DNA of 64,000 bases from NCBI RefSeq assembly GCF_006345805.1, contig NC_043005.1, positions 49,476,001 to 49,540,000 on the forward strand, given 5' to 3'. Of the stretch, positions 1 through 12,857 are shown piece after piece. The stretch's first letter is position 1. Each line of letters starts with the position of its first letter. The position numbers and the translations under genes are program-made. The notes beneath the pieces were generated by a model. The model saw only the letters and a program-made list of their open reading frames with translations, ran no database searches and had not been told where the DNA came from. Source of the DNA: Octopus sinensis. Lineage: Eukaryota.

Positions 1-386
1 TTATACTTTGTTTTATCAACCTCATGTTGATGAAAGATACAGTTGGCCCCAATGTAATTTGAACTAAGAACACAAAAACCTAGAATAAACACAATCATCA
101 ACATTATCATTTTAACATCTACTTTTCCATGCTTGCATTGGTAGGCAGAATTTGATGAGACTGATGTGTCTAAGGCCAGATGCCCTTTCTGTTGCTAACT
201 CTCACTGGTTTCGAAGTAGGTTAATTTTTCCCATTACCAGACATGTTTCCATGAAAGATTGGAAACAAAGGACATCACTTGCATGAAGGGGATACTCAAT
301 TACAACTATAATGTGATGTCAAATCAAGTGTGTGTGTTACTGTAACACACGCACACACACATACATGCAGACACACACACACAGAC

Positions 387-439
<53 letters not shown>

Positions 440-721
440 ATAAAAATATATGTGGAAAGACTCCTTTCGGTTTTCTTTCTGCCAAATCTACTTACAAGAC
501 TTTGGTCAGCCAAGAGCTAGAGTAGAAACACTTGCCCAAGGTGCCACACTGTGGGACTAAACCTGAAGCCATGTGGTTAGAAAACAAACTTCTCACTATA
601 GTCATACCTGCACCTATCATGGTTGTTATTTTCTAAAGTCCTAGAGTGTAAGTATTTCTGATTTCACTAACATTCTACATAATATAAAACTAATTCACTA
701 TTTGTTTGTTTGTTTTTCCAG

Positions 722-844
722 CAAGTTTTTCACTCCATGAATTTTCAACAAATAAGAAACTGGATTCATGAATGTGGTAAATTCAACCTCATTGTTGATA
801 ACGAGCACACTGGTTCAGAGAGAATTTTCTTTCAAATCGAGAGA
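722..844 (+). CDS. Penultimate coding exon of an unidentified host gene (QVFHSMNFQQIRNWIHECGKFNLIVDNEHTGSERIFFQIER)
   Basis: Polypyrimidine tract ending tttttccAG at 721; 123-nt open phase-0 frame; GTAAGT donor at 845; joins in frame to 3421-3537. Family not recognised. Confidence 0.75.
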
Positions 845-872
845 GTAAGTAGATCCTTCTAATATTATATCA

Positions 873-2153
873 CTAGCAATGCACCCTGGCGTTGCCTGAG
901 TGTTATGACCTGCAGCTACATTGTATTATATATATATATATGTATTCAATTTTTGGGTTCAAGTGGAATGTACGCACCACACACAATGCACTCTAGCATT
1001 GCCCAGGTCATTGATAACAATAACACCATGACCGACTCATATTGAGTACATATTTCTGATATGGAAAGATTGATTTGAAATTGTACCAATCAGTGAACAC
1101 AGAGTACATCCTGATTAATGAAGGGATATGCACTGTAGGCAGAATCATGTGTATGTGGCCTTAACTTGCCCTTGCATAGATGCGTGGTGTTGTTGTTGCC
1201 TTCACTGAAGTTATCAGGTCAGACATTTGTTTTACATGGCACCACCTGCATTATAGTACATGCTCAGCCACTGAAAAATAGGGAGATTGTAGCAAAATCT
1301 TTATGAACTTTGCAGCTTATGGAATGAATAATAGGCATGGATATATACTAATAACAATAAGCAACTTTCCATAAATTGGTTTAAGTAAAGAGAAAAATGT
1401 TAACTGTAAAAAAGCACAAAAGGTTTCAGTCATTGCTTCATGTCTTTACCACACTTGAACAAATACAGGCTCTTATTGTGTTTGAGCTTTGGGGAAATTT
1501 TAATGAATTTAAACCTGAGAATGCTTATTTGGCATTCCTGAGCCATTTGCTACCAAGAAAATCCACAGGGACAAATTGATTTTGGCAGTAATGCCAGAAG
1601 TGATTACAATTATGCCAGAAATAGGTTCATTAGTCAATTTTCTGTTGAAAAATAGGGCTTTGTGCAAAGAAATGATATCACAATACTTCAAAGACATTGT
1701 TTAATCATGGAATACTGAAGATGTTCACATTGGCAGTTTAGTTGTGGCACAAATGCCATTATTGATAGAAAATGTGCCAATAATTGTTCCAAAAAAGCAT
1801 GTTTTTGGGTCATTTTTCCATTAACAAATAGGGTTTTGTGCATCACAAGTGCACTCATAACATCTTTGTACATTGCTACATTTTTTTACACTGAAAACAT
1901 TAAAATTGGCAACATAGATTAGAAGAAAATCCAAATATTGCCTGAAAATAACCTCATAATTGTGCAATCCAACCTCATTTTGGAGGTTATTTTCGTAGTC
2001 AAAAAGAGTTATGCAAAAAACATTCTTCATTTGGTAGCTGAAAGATTACCAAATCTTTTGATACCTCATACATCAAAATTGGCATCTCAGTTTTCGAATC
2101 CATAAGGAACACACAGACACATGCACACACAAGCTCTGTTTTATATATATATA
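873..2153 (-). mobile_element. Non-autonomous Helitron-like element
   Basis: On the - strand it ends in a GC hairpin (ggcaacgccaggg) then CTAG|T at 873; 5' end is the TATATAAAA..GTGTGT motif seen in the other Helitron copies here. Confidence 0.55.
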
Positions 2154-2410
2154 ACTTAATTGGCTCAGTCTGTCTCTGTGTGTGTGAGGGAAATGGCTTA
2201 GGGAGAGGAAAAGGTGAGTGAGTATGTGTTTAATAGTAAATGATGAAGTAAGTATTTTTTATGTTATGATGAAGTAAAAGATACAAAAAAGGAATAGGCA
2301 TAGGTGTGTGTTAAGAAGTTTGCTTCCCAATTACATGGTTCCAGGCTCAATCCAATTGTGTGGCACCTTGGGCAAGTGTCTTGTACTTATAGCCTCATGC
2401 TGATCAAAGT

Positions 2411-2444
<34 letters not shown>

Positions 2445-2573
2445 AATTAAATAAAAATCTGATTGGGCAAGTGTCTTCTGCTATAGCTCCAGGCTGACAT
2501 ACATACATACATACATACATACATACATACATACGTACGTACGTACGTACATACGTACGTATGTATGTATGTG

Positions 2574-2607
<34 letters not shown>

Positions 2608-2729
2608 TGTATGTATGTATGTATGTATGTATGTATGTATGTACGTCTCTTCTATTTTTTAATTATTATAAATCTTCCACTGAGGAAGAAGCCGGTTTCC
2701 AACAAAGATACAAGGCTCCATCTTTGGGA

Positions 2730-2990
2730 TGTTGTTAACACAGATAAATTCACATTTGGAACTTAAGAAATGTCTTGCAAATTCTTACTGTTCCACTCAC
2801 AGATTGGACTTGTATGAATCAACCAGTCAATTTCTCTTTCTGAAAATCCCTATTTATCCAGGTTCTCCTTTAAGCATTTACTAACAAAACCTAGTGCTCC
2901 AATTATTATTGGTATGAATGTGAATTAATAGTCTGGATTTAGAAGCTGGAGGTTTTGAAGCAGTTGTCCATAGATGTCTTTTTTTCTTTG
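2730..2990 (-). mobile_element. 3' fragment of an RLE-type (R4/Dong-like) non-LTR retrotransposon
   Basis: Minus-strand translation gives IIGALGFVSKCLKENL...SVSGTVRICKTFLKF, matching the C-terminal IGALG...GT..I motif of RLE non-LTR elements. Confidence 0.55.
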
Positions 2991-3014
2991 GTTTTCAAAG
3001 AGATATTTATATCT

Positions 3015-3190
3015 GCATGCATGCATGCATGCATGCATGCATGTATGTATGTATGTATGTATGTATGTATGTATGTATGTATGTATGTATGTATGTATGT
3101 ATGTATGTATGTATGTATGTATGTATGTATGTATGTATGTATGTATGTATGTATGTATGTATGTATGTATGTATGTATGTATGTATGTGT
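3015..3190. repeat. (TGCA)n/(TGTA)n tetranucleotide microsatellite
   Basis: Directly visible tandem array. Confidence 0.95.
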
Positions 3191-3420
3191 GTGCCAGGTT
3201 TCATACTGTTTCCATCTACCAAATTGACTCACAAGGCACTAGTCAGCCTGGAGTTACAGCAGATAACATTTCTCCAATCAAATTTAAATTTAATTATACC
3301 TGAAACATTTGGAAACTTATTTTAGCTACTGTCAATATTCTTTCAATCTTTAAACACTGGTCTAAAATCAAAAGAATCCAAAATTTAATTTTAATTTTAA
3401 CATTGCTTTTTCTTTTCTAG

Positions 3421-3537
3421 TTTCAGGGTGAACTCTTGGATGACCTGATTATGGCAAACGTAGAGTTTTCTCTCAATTCCAAGTTTAAGAATTTCCAAGT
3501 ATTTGCAGGTGCTAAGAGAGGAGAAACAATTTGCTAA
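3421..3537 (+). CDS. Terminal coding exon of the same gene (FQGELLDDLIMANVEFSLNSKFKNFQVFAGAKRGETIC*)
   Basis: Strong acceptor ctttttcttttctAG at 3420; open frame to TAA at 3535-3537; AT-rich 3'UTR-like sequence follows with ATTAAA (~3626) and AATAAA (~4855). Confidence 0.75.
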   Translation, partial: FQGELLDDLIMANVEFSLNSKFKNFQVFAGAKRGETIC

Positions 3538-5029
3538 CAATCATTTACTACATCATATTTTGCATATTTTGTATTCTATATCAAACATCTAAAACCACAA
3601 AAAAAGAAAAAAAAAAGAAAAATCCATTAAAAGTATACTACTAATTATTGACCGTGCTATCAATATTGCATATCCATATCTAAAGAACTTCAATTTGTTC
3701 ACTGTATTAGATCATATATAATATTGAAGATACAACACATTTTTAATTCAAAGTTATGTCTACTTGCTCTCTCTCTCTCTCCCACACACATACACATACA
3801 CACAGACTCACTCACTCACACACACACACTCGCTCACTCATTCATACACACACACACAGAGTTTTACACAAAAGGATTTTCAACTATTTATTTTTTCTTT
3901 TGCAATTAATATCATATGATTTACCAGTCAATAATAATATGATTTGTCAGCCAAATAGTCCTACAAATTATTGCACTGGGTTGAGATTTTAATTTTTTAA
4001 GGGAAAGAACATGGAGGGCATGAAAACCGCTTGCAGCGCATCTATCAAATCTTGCTTTGGGCTTGAAATCATCAGCATGCACTAACACACACACACACAC
4101 ACACCTGACAAATGATTGCACATGTAAAGCAGTTTCGACATGCAGTTTACATGACTATTAGTGTTGTAAATGAAGATACATTAACGACATCAAATGTAAA
4201 AACAACCATGACTGTTTAAATAGCAAATTTTCTGCTACAAAACAAATACACATGTGGCAATGCAGAGTAGCAAATTTATATATAAATGCAATACAAATAT
4301 ACAAAAATATATCTATGCACTACACTATTAATTGGCTGCAATCATTAAATGAGTTGTCAGTCAATTAGGAATGGCAATTTTAAAATGTTGCTTAATCATC
4401 TTGTCCTGGGCTTAAATCTTGGAAACACATTGCAGTGGTATTTATGGTGTCAGAACTTTGCTAGATCGTATTGGGAATAATTGGTATTATTTCAACTAAA
4501 TACTTTTATTATTATTATTATTTAAAAAGATCTATAAGCTATGTTGCAAACAGTATACCCGAAAAGCAACATGCATTTTGTGTACGGGTCAAAAAGGCTT
4601 AGGTCAAGATACTATAAACACTAAAGGGATATAACTCATCTACTGCTGTGACATATGTGGTACAAGCAGCAATAACATATTTGGTTCTTATTTAATTCAA
4701 GTGTTGCTGAATTTATGATACTGTGGGAAGTTGTGGAAATTTTAAAATTAAAAAAAAATTTTTTTACAGTAAATTGAAAGTATGCATTGTTTAATTTTGT
4801 TAATACAAAATCATATGCTATGATAGTCTGGTATTTTCTTCTCATCAAGGTATAAATAAAAGTATATTGTATTCTGGGTTAATTGAAGAACTTTGTTTAA
4901 TTTCAATTCTTATTTTGACAATTGTTTTCTAGAAGTGGACTATGCTTGCTTTTCATTTTCTTTTTTACTTTTAGCTGTCATAAACATACAAACACGAGTT
5001 GATGAGGGAGCCTCTGTGTAGTTACTTGA

Positions 5030-5385
5030 TATAATAAAAATAATAATAATGAAATTATTGTATACAGTGCTCAGGTGCACCACAACTTGTCAGAAAGTGC
5101 ATATAAAGTACATGCAGTAATGTAGAAATGTCTGGAAAGCGAACAATGTATGAGTCAGATACATGCTTGTGTGTGTATGGAGGGGAGAAAATCAAGTGTA
5201 GTGTTGGCGAATCTCAGGAAGCATGGAAGTTTTGAAGGATGCAGTGCTCCGACAACTAACAACCGATGCCGGCAGTTTGTTCCATGCTTCAGCAACTCTC
5301 AGCGTGAAAAAATGTTTCCTGAAGTTATGGGAGCTGTGCTGTTTTCTTACTTTGTAAATATGTCCACGGGTGTTAGATGGGTGGA
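5030..5385 (-). mobile_element. CR1 LINE 3' fragment
   Basis: Minus-strand SNTRGHIYKVRKQHSSHNFRKHFFTLRVAEAWNKLPASVVSCRSTASFK is the classic CR1 ORF2 C-terminus (TRGH..RK.FF..RV..WN.LP..VV..S..FK); simple-repeat tail near 5030-5050. Confidence 0.85.
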
Positions 5386-5589
5386 GTTATATGTTAGAAA
5401 CCACAAGCAACTCTACCTATCACACAATATCTTCTTGTTATATTGTGTTTGAATAAAAGCTGGGAATATCAAGGCTAGATTACTCTAGACAAGTTTGTTT
5501 ATCAGGGCTAATTTAAAGCTAAGTAGTAACTTGTAAACATTCACATGCTTTTTTTATGGTTGTCCATTGAATGCAACATACATGCATGC

Positions 5590-5703
5590 AGATGTCAATG
5601 GTGTTATCTCTATAAATAACCTGTATGCTTCTGTGGATGTCAGACAGCCTGTACTTCTCTTTTGTCAAGAATTCAGTGATGGCACATTGTTTCTGCATGC
5701 AAC
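5590..5703 (-). mobile_element. Mariner transposase N-terminal fragment
   Basis: Minus-strand MQKQCAITEFLTKEKYRLSDIHRSIQVIYRDNTID resembles the mariner HTH start (QRAVIEFL..E...IH..L..VYGD). Confidence 0.55.
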
Positions 5704-5720
5704 CAATATTTGCCTCAAAT

Positions 5721-5934
5721 AAGTCAGTGAGCTGGTAGAATCATTAGCACATTGGACAAAAATGTTTAGCAGCATTTTGTCCATCTTTACTTGCTGAGTT
5801 CAAACTCCACTGAGAGTGACTTTACCTTTCATCCTTTTGAGACCAATAAGATAAGTACCAGCTGAATACTGGAGACTGATGTAATTGACTTATTCCCTCC
5901 CCGCAATTGTAGGCTTTGTGCCAAAATTTGAAAT
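5721..5934 (+). mobile_element. tRNA-derived SINE (family B) with 17-bp target-site duplication
   Basis: A/B-box-like head (gagctggtagaatc...gagttcaaactcc) and central ctttcatcctttt..aagtaccag segment; flanked by CAATATTTGCCTCAAAT at 5704-5720 and 5935-5951. Confidence 0.9.
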
Positions 5935-6414
5935 CAATATTTGCCTCAAATGAAGCTGAACAGGAAGAAGTGTGTGCACACAGGGATTCATATGTATCAA
6001 TTATTTGAATATATGTGCATGCAAGTTACAGTTGGCAATATCTTAAACTTTTTTTTTTAACTAACTCTGTAAGGTTAAATGGAACAGACTTACTGAAAAA
6101 AAAAAAGCTATGTCTGTACAAATAAGCAAAGTGGAAAAGAGAAAATTATCAACGCTCAAATAAAAAAAAAACAAACTATTTTCAAGATGAGAGAAATTAA
6201 GAAAAGGGGAAAAGATAAACTGTTTTAGCAAGTCATTGAAGATAGTGGATGATGGAAGTTTGATGGAGAATGATTTAAAAAAAGTTAACCATATGCTAAC
6301 AAAAAAAAAAAAGAAAACAGAAAAATAAGTAGCAACAGCAGAAATAGGTAAGTGTTAGTCAGTGTGTTATCTGAGCATACCATTATGTACATGGTAGAAT
6401 GGTGTGAGAATATA

Positions 6415-7240
6415 CAGGGTGCAATGGATAAATTGTTGCCATTTTATATTTTTAACTTTGGGCATGCACATTGTTTCTTTTTGATTTTGTCAACTACACA
6501 GTATAGTTGGGTTAGTTGGGCACTGTTTGAGAGAAAAACTGCACCATGACACAATTTACTCTTCCAGAAATTTGGAAATGACATGCTATAATGCTTGGCA
6601 TCCATACTGGAAGCTCCAATATGAACATGTACCGAGAGTGGTAAAAATCAAACAACTAATCAACATCAGGGTGTCTGGAGGGATCACTAGTGATGGCGAT
6701 GTTATGCATTCATTCTTCTTCCCACATGGCATCAAATTCAACACAGAGGCCTACATCAAGTGCCTGGAGGAGATGGTGCTGCCCTGGGTCAAGAGGGTGG
6801 TTGCTGGAAGATCCTATGTCTGGCAACCAGACTCTGCACCATACCACACAAGCAAGAGAAACCAGTCATGGCTGTCAGACAATTTCTGCGACTACATCAC
6901 CCTTAATATTTGGCTACCTAACTCCCCAGACTGCAGCCCCCTTGATTGTTATGTGTGGGGAGTAGTTGGCCAAGAGACCAACAAAACTCCTTGTTGAAGG
7001 CTAGGATTATGGCAGCATTCACCAACTTAAACAAGGTGACCGCCCAGAAAAGTTGCAGGAGATTCCGAAATTGTCTGGAGACCATTGTTGAAGCCAATGG
7101 AGAATTTATTGAATAAATTTACTCTTTAGTATTTCAAAATATTTTTATGTAATTTTAGTAAATATAACTGTTAAAATGAGATGTTAGTTTTATTTTCATT
7201 TCTGTGTAATTTAGATGACAGTTTATTCATTTCACCCTTG
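6415..7240 (+). mobile_element. Internally deleted Tc1/mariner element of the maT (DD37D) type
   Basis: ORF 6527-6997 has WQPDSAPYHTS...WLPNSPDCSPLD with 37 residues between the last two Asp; degenerate TIRs CAGGGTGCAATGGATAAA / TTTATTCATTTCACCCT. Confidence 0.85.
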
Positions 7241-7505
7241 GTGGTGGAGGAGTGAAATATAAAGGAAAGAAATAGAGGAAAAATAATCAGCTGTTAATGC
7301 CAATGGGAAGACGTTTCCATAAAAAAAAATCAGAATATAAAGAGCTGAAAAAAATACCATAAGACATTTTCCCAATGCTCTAATGATACTGCCAAACCCT
7401 CTCCCTAAAATATTAGTCTCTGATTTGGACACAAGACCAGCAATTACAAGGAAGGAAGGAGTTAGCAATATCATCAACTACATTACTTCATCGGCATTTT
7501 ATTGG

Positions 7506-7799
7506 TCATGAGAGAGTCAGGTGGGTGGTGATTTCTGGTAGTGATATAAACCAAAGACAGAAATAGGATGGAGAGAGAGTAACCTTTACTGCTGAAATGC
7601 TGTGCAGTTGGTTTAAGAGGGTTATTAAACTGCATATGAACATGTGAAACAAATGCTTTCTAAACTGGGCAACCAGCCTGCAACCATTCTTACCTATATA
7701 CAAATCACAGTAAAGTTGGTATTTTGTGCAATAAATAAAATTACTGGAAGTGCATTTGAAACAATTCAAGTCTTGAAAGACAGGATTAAGACTACACAT
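7506..7799 (-). mobile_element. Penelope-like element GIY-YIG endonuclease fragment (degraded)
   Basis: FKCTSSNFIYCTKYQLYCDLYIGKNGCRLVAQFRKHL, then PTAQHF in a shifted frame, matches the PLE pattern C.SSN.IYC..C..C..YIG.TG..L..RF.EH...P.A.HF. Confidence 0.8.
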
Positions 7800-7915
7800 T
7801 ATAAATAAAAGGATAGGGTGTTACAATGGGGCTCTGAACAATTGGACTTTCCCTTTTGATATTTGTATACTCACTGGAGGTAAACAGGGAGGAATTTTTG
7901 TGTTTTTGTCAACTA

Positions 7916-8400
7916 GGCGCAGAAGTGGCTGTGTGGTAAGTAGCTTGCTTACCAACCACATGGTTCCGGGTTCAGTCCCATTGTATGGCACCTTGGGAAA
8001 CTGTCTTCTTCTATAGCCTCGTACCAACCAAAGCTTTGTGAGTGGATTTGGTAGATGGAAACTGAAAGAAGCCCGTCTTATATATGTATATATTTATATG
8101 TATGTGTATATGTTTGTGTGTCTGTGTTTGTCCCCCCAACATCGCTTGACAACCAATGCTGGTGTGTTTACATCCCCGTAACTTAGTGGTTCGGCATAAG
8201 AGACCAATAGAATAAGTACTAGGCTTACAAAAATAAGTCCTGGGGTCGATTTGCTCGACTAAAGGCGTTGCTCCAGTATGGCTGAGACCAATAGAATAAG
8301 TACTAGGCTTACAAAAATAAGTCCTGGGGTCGATTTGCTCGACTAAAGGCGTTGCTCCAGTATGGCTGCAGTCAAATGACTGAAACAAGTAAAAGAGAGA
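7916..8400 (+). mobile_element. Full-length tRNA-derived SINE (family A, internal microsatellite) with an ~83-bp internal tandem duplication
   Basis: Head ggcgcagaagtggctgtgtggtaag...ggttcagtccca, internal (TA/TG)n, tail ...gactgaaacaagtaaaagag. Other full or partial copies at ~436-613, 20465-20840, 24493-24845, 27122-27400, 35372-35740, 36712-37140, 40630-40826, 60560-61110. Confidence 0.9.
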
Positions 8401-8614
8401 GAGTAGTGCAGCAGCAAAGTACCTCATCATCATCATCATCATCATCATTTAATGTTCATTTTCCATGCTGTTGTGAGATGGATGATTTGACAGGAGCTGG
8501 CAAGCCAGAGAGTTGCACCAAGCTCCATAGCTGGATACTCTTCCTAATACCAATCAGTTTACAGAGTGTACTGAGAACTTTTTATGAGGCACCAGTAGAA
8601 ATACTTTTTATTTG

Positions 8615-8870
8615 GCATCAGCATGAAAATAATATTTTGGCAAAAGAATTTGACAAGCTCAAAAAATATTAAAATTTGCTCATTGAAATTGAAAAAGATG
8701 CAGTATCTCAAGATGGTTACAATATCAGTTATGGTAGGAACACTAGGAATCATCAAAAACGGAAGTGAAAATTATTTGAGAATGATCCCAGGCTTACCAT
8801 CCCTGCAAAAAGTGCAAAAGATTGTTTCAACTAGTACATCACACATATTGAGAAGAGTATTGTTGCCTTC
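8615..8870 (+). mobile_element. RLE-type (R4/Dong-like) non-LTR retrotransposon 3' fragment
   Basis: KEFDKLKKY...VMVGTLGIIK...IPGLPSLQKVQKIVSTSTSHILRRVL matches the RLE C-terminal consensus. Confidence 0.75.
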
Positions 8871-10258
8871 TAGTAATTTTTTTTCTACATAACTTCATTT
8901 GATTTTGTAAATTAACAATTTGGTGTGTTTATTTTAGTGGTCTATCAATGCATACAGTGAGTTTCTTTGCCCTAAGTGTCAGGAAGATGGCAAGAAATGG
9001 GAACAAAATTGAAGGAAAAAAAAAACTCATAAAAATAATAATCCTTACTGCTATAGGCTCAAGGTCTGAAATTCTGGGGGAGGGGTCTATTTGATTTAAT
9101 CAACCACAGTACTTGGCCAGTACTTATTTTTATCAACCCCAAAAGAATGAAAGGCAAAATTGACCTCAATGGAGTTTGAATTGGAATGTAAAGACAGACA
9201 ACTCATAATAATAGTAATGATGTTAGCCCCTACTCCCCACTTAATTATAAATTCAGCAGATCAACACAACCAGTTAACAAATAAACTATTGAGAAACTGA
9301 AGAACAAATGTAGAACAAAGCTCTTCAGCTTGTTGATGATCATAAACCAACAGTAAAAATCTAACATGAAAATTCATTTGCAGCTTTAAGTACTTATAAG
9401 TAGTCACTTTAAAATCACATGCTGCAATATAATAATATATAGTGACGTAAACCTATCCAGGCAAACAGTTGAAAAACTGACCAAACATCAAGGGTGTCTC
9501 AACTGATAAAAAACAGCAGCCAAATCTTCCTCAACTCATCAGAACATGTTGGATAATATCTAGAGAAAAGATGAAATGGTTTATGACTAGGATACCTTTC
9601 ATCACAAATTTTGTTCAATCAGGGCTGACATTGAGGTAAAAACAACACCACCAGCGAAGAGTGAATTTCAAGCGCTGTGCTTGGAGACATCTAGGTGTGC
9701 CTTAGAATTTAAAAATATAATCTAAGATTTTAGAAAAATCCAGACTAATTCTTGAGTATTTTGAAGAAGATATCTTTTATATTTTACTTGTCTCAGTCAT
9801 TGGACTGCAACCATACTGGAGTACTGCCTTTAAGGGTACTTATAGAACAAATCAAACCCAGTGCTTATTTATTTTTAAATGGTACTTATTTTATAGGTTT
9901 CTTTTGCTGAACCAAAAATTTAGAGGGACACAAACAAACCAATGCCCGTTATCAGGTGGTGGTGGTGGTGAAAGACAAACATGACAAACATAAAGACACA
10001 CATAGATATCACTAGCTCGTGTGTGAGCTGCCTGGGGTGGCCCTTCAGTTTTCCACTCCCAGGGGCTCCACAAAATATATATATTGCCTACAGCAGACCC
10101 AAAAGTGGTGCTGCCCGGGGCAGACCACCCCTCCACCTCTAGCTATACTGTTGATAGATAAATATAAACACAAACACACATATATAGTCTGATTCATGTA
10201 AGCAAAGAAAAATGGATGTTGAAATTATGATGATGATGATAATGATATATATATATAT

Positions 10259-10294
<36 letters not shown>

Positions 10295-10399
10295 AATGTA
10301 TATGTGTATGTATATCTATCCATCTATATATATATGTGTGTGTGTGTTTGTATATAACTGACATGTTTGTCATGGATGATACATTTGTCATGGATGACA

Positions 10400-11000
10400 A
10401 ATGAGAGTTTGGTAAAATAAAGCATTGATCATGTTCTATGGACATGAATATGTTTTTTGAGGCCTGCTAGTACCTTGCAAACCTTTTGGAAACTGGAACA
10501 AGTTGAGGACTCAGTTTGCTCGAGTGCTTGTGGATCATTTACTATGTGTTTTCTTGAGTGGGTGGCAAGGCCTGCTTTGCATTGTGCCACAGAACTACAA
10601 CGACAGGTAAAATTTCCATTTAGAGGAGCAGTGTTTTTCCAGCATGCCTTCATGTTTGCACAAAGTTGGTCCTGGTGTTGGAGTCGATTTTGCTCAAATC
10701 TTTGAATTGAGGAGAAGCAGGACTGGCACCAGTTCATGTGTTCTGATGCTTTGTTTTCCACAGAATAAAAGGGAATGTTTTATCACTTCAGATTGTCTTT
10801 TAGTTTGTGTTTGAAGTGCAAGAGTTGCCTTCCAACTGACCTTTGGAAATTGGCCAAAGAGAAGTTACTTCAGAATTCTGATATAGCTCATACATGAGAG
10901 ATGTTTTGACCATCTGAGTTATATTTTGATGAGGATGGCATTTTGTAAGTACCTCACTAAACATGTTCACTCAATCGTGTCAGCCTTCTTTTTTGGCACA
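10400..11000 (-). mobile_element. RTE (BovB-like) LINE 3' fragment with terminal zinc-finger-like motifs
   Basis: Minus-strand RSVGRQLLHFKHKLKDNLK, then W...F.E..R, then decayed C..C...GL..H...H motifs typical of the RTE-BovB C-terminus. Confidence 0.65.
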
Positions 11001-11307
11001 AAATATACTGTCACATGACACCAAGGCAGGTTATAAACTTAATCACATGTTCATTCTCTACAAATACTTGACAGAAAACATTCAGAGCATTGATTGCTTG
11101 GACATGTTCAGTCAACCATGTCAGCCTTAACTTATGACACCAAACATTGTCACTTGATACTAACACACAGATGTAGCAGTGAACCTATAAAAATTTCTAA
11201 GACCAGTCATATGGCTATCTTCTACCAATCAAATCCTATTAAAAAAATATACTAATTTGATCCATGAACTCCCTATAAAAAGAGGGAAAACTTCAAACAC
11301 TTGTCAG

Positions 11308-12820
11308 CAGTGTTGCCAACTTAAAATCTGAATTTTATGCTAAATTTCAGTAGAAAATACAAAAAAATGTTAAAAAATGCTAAATATGACCAAAAACTGA
11401 AAAAAATACTAAAGACTAATTTATATGAAAAAGCTTAATTTTTATTTACATTTTTATTTACTTTCTTTAATTATATTCAGCATTGAGAAATAATTTCTTG
11501 AATTTCACTGATTTGATCACTTTCAGCTGCAGTGCTTAGGTCTTGACTTCTGTATACATTCAAGATCCCAATCTTGTTAATTATGTGTTTTGGAATATTA
11601 AAGTTTTTGCAACATTTGCCATATCTTTTCAGGCCATATTTTATAGACAGTATTAATCTAAGCATAGGAAGATGCATTTTGTTTTTCAATTTTGATGTGA
11701 TTACACCCATACTACTGAACAACTGTTCAACTTCTTTATTTGAGTTTGGCAATGTCAGATTAATGGCAAAATTTGCAACATGTCTAAAAGGATTTCCTCC
11801 AGTAGCATCTTTATATTCCAAGACTTCCAGCCAGAATGCCTCAGTATTTGATGTATTTGTCCATTTAACTAAATGAATGCTATTAAACTGAGTTTCAATT
11901 GAAGCAATTTTTTCTTCATTTAAATGCATTGCTTCTAAGACAGGTAAAATTGGCTCTTTGAAATACTGCAAAATATTCTCTACTGAAAAACATTTGATAT
12001 TTCTCAGTATATTAATATTTCCTGGCAAGGGGTGCTTGAGCTCTTTATAAAGGCAGTGTAAAAATTGTTGTGCTCTTTTGCGAATATTATTTTCTTCAGT
12101 GGCTGTTACAGTCTTCTTGATAATCATTTCTGCTATCTTTCTCTCGAACCTGTAGCCTAAATTTGGTTTAGGATCCAGAAAGTTTTCAATAGAAGCATCT
12201 GGGTCAAAAGGATCTATTCTACATGTTGACAACACTATCATATTAGCAACAGATTTGATCAAATTTGAAAGATCTTGAAGTAATTTTGCTTTGTCGACAA
12301 TGTTTGATTCAAACAGTTTATTCACTTCCTGAACATGTTTTAAAATTGGATGCAAAAATAAAAGGTAAAGTTCATTTCTAGAATCACAAAACATTTCATG
12401 TAACGTTTGTGCTGTAAAGCATTTTTATTTTGTAGTTGTAGTTTGGAAGTGAGTTTGCAAAACCACTGGCTTAAAATTCTACTTACCACTGGTTCTATTG
12501 ACAGCCACCTAGTTGTACAAGAATTCACGATCTTCAAAGGCTCTTTATCATTGATAGCAAGGTAAAGTTGTTTGTAGGCACTTTGTCTTGTTGAAGAATG
12601 AGAAGACCATAAATTCTAAATTTATGGGTAGGTATTCAGCACAAGTGTGGGATACTGCCAACTGTAAAGAATGACATACACATCTAAATAGAAGTAATGA
12701 TGGAACATCTTTTAATTTCTGGAAAACACCATTGTTGACTCCTACCATTACTCTAGCATTGTTGGTTCCTAAAGCCAGTAAATTTTTTATATCTAATTTC
12801 TTTTTCACTAATTCACTAAT
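11308..12820 (-). pseudogene. hAT transposase pseudogene (ZNF862-like hAT group) with one terminal repeat
   Basis: Frameshifted pieces LGTNNARVMVGVNNGV..CVCHSLQLAVS, TRWLSIEPVVSRILSQW, and 305-aa ORF ending in hAT dimerisation-domain motif LPNSNKEVEQLFSSM; TIR-like CAGTGTTGCCAAC at 11308. Confidence 0.9.
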
Positions 12821-12857
12821 ATATACATACATACATACACACACACATTCATATATT

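Noticed and set aside
3940-4080. Possible SECIS or C/D snoRNA in the 3'UTR-like region
   Set aside because: AUGA/UGAUGA-like words are present, but I could not form the required helices or box spacing.
8201-8367. Two direct repeats resembling a CRISPR/array unit
   Set aside because: Internal tandem duplication of a SINE with no spacers; eukaryotic context.
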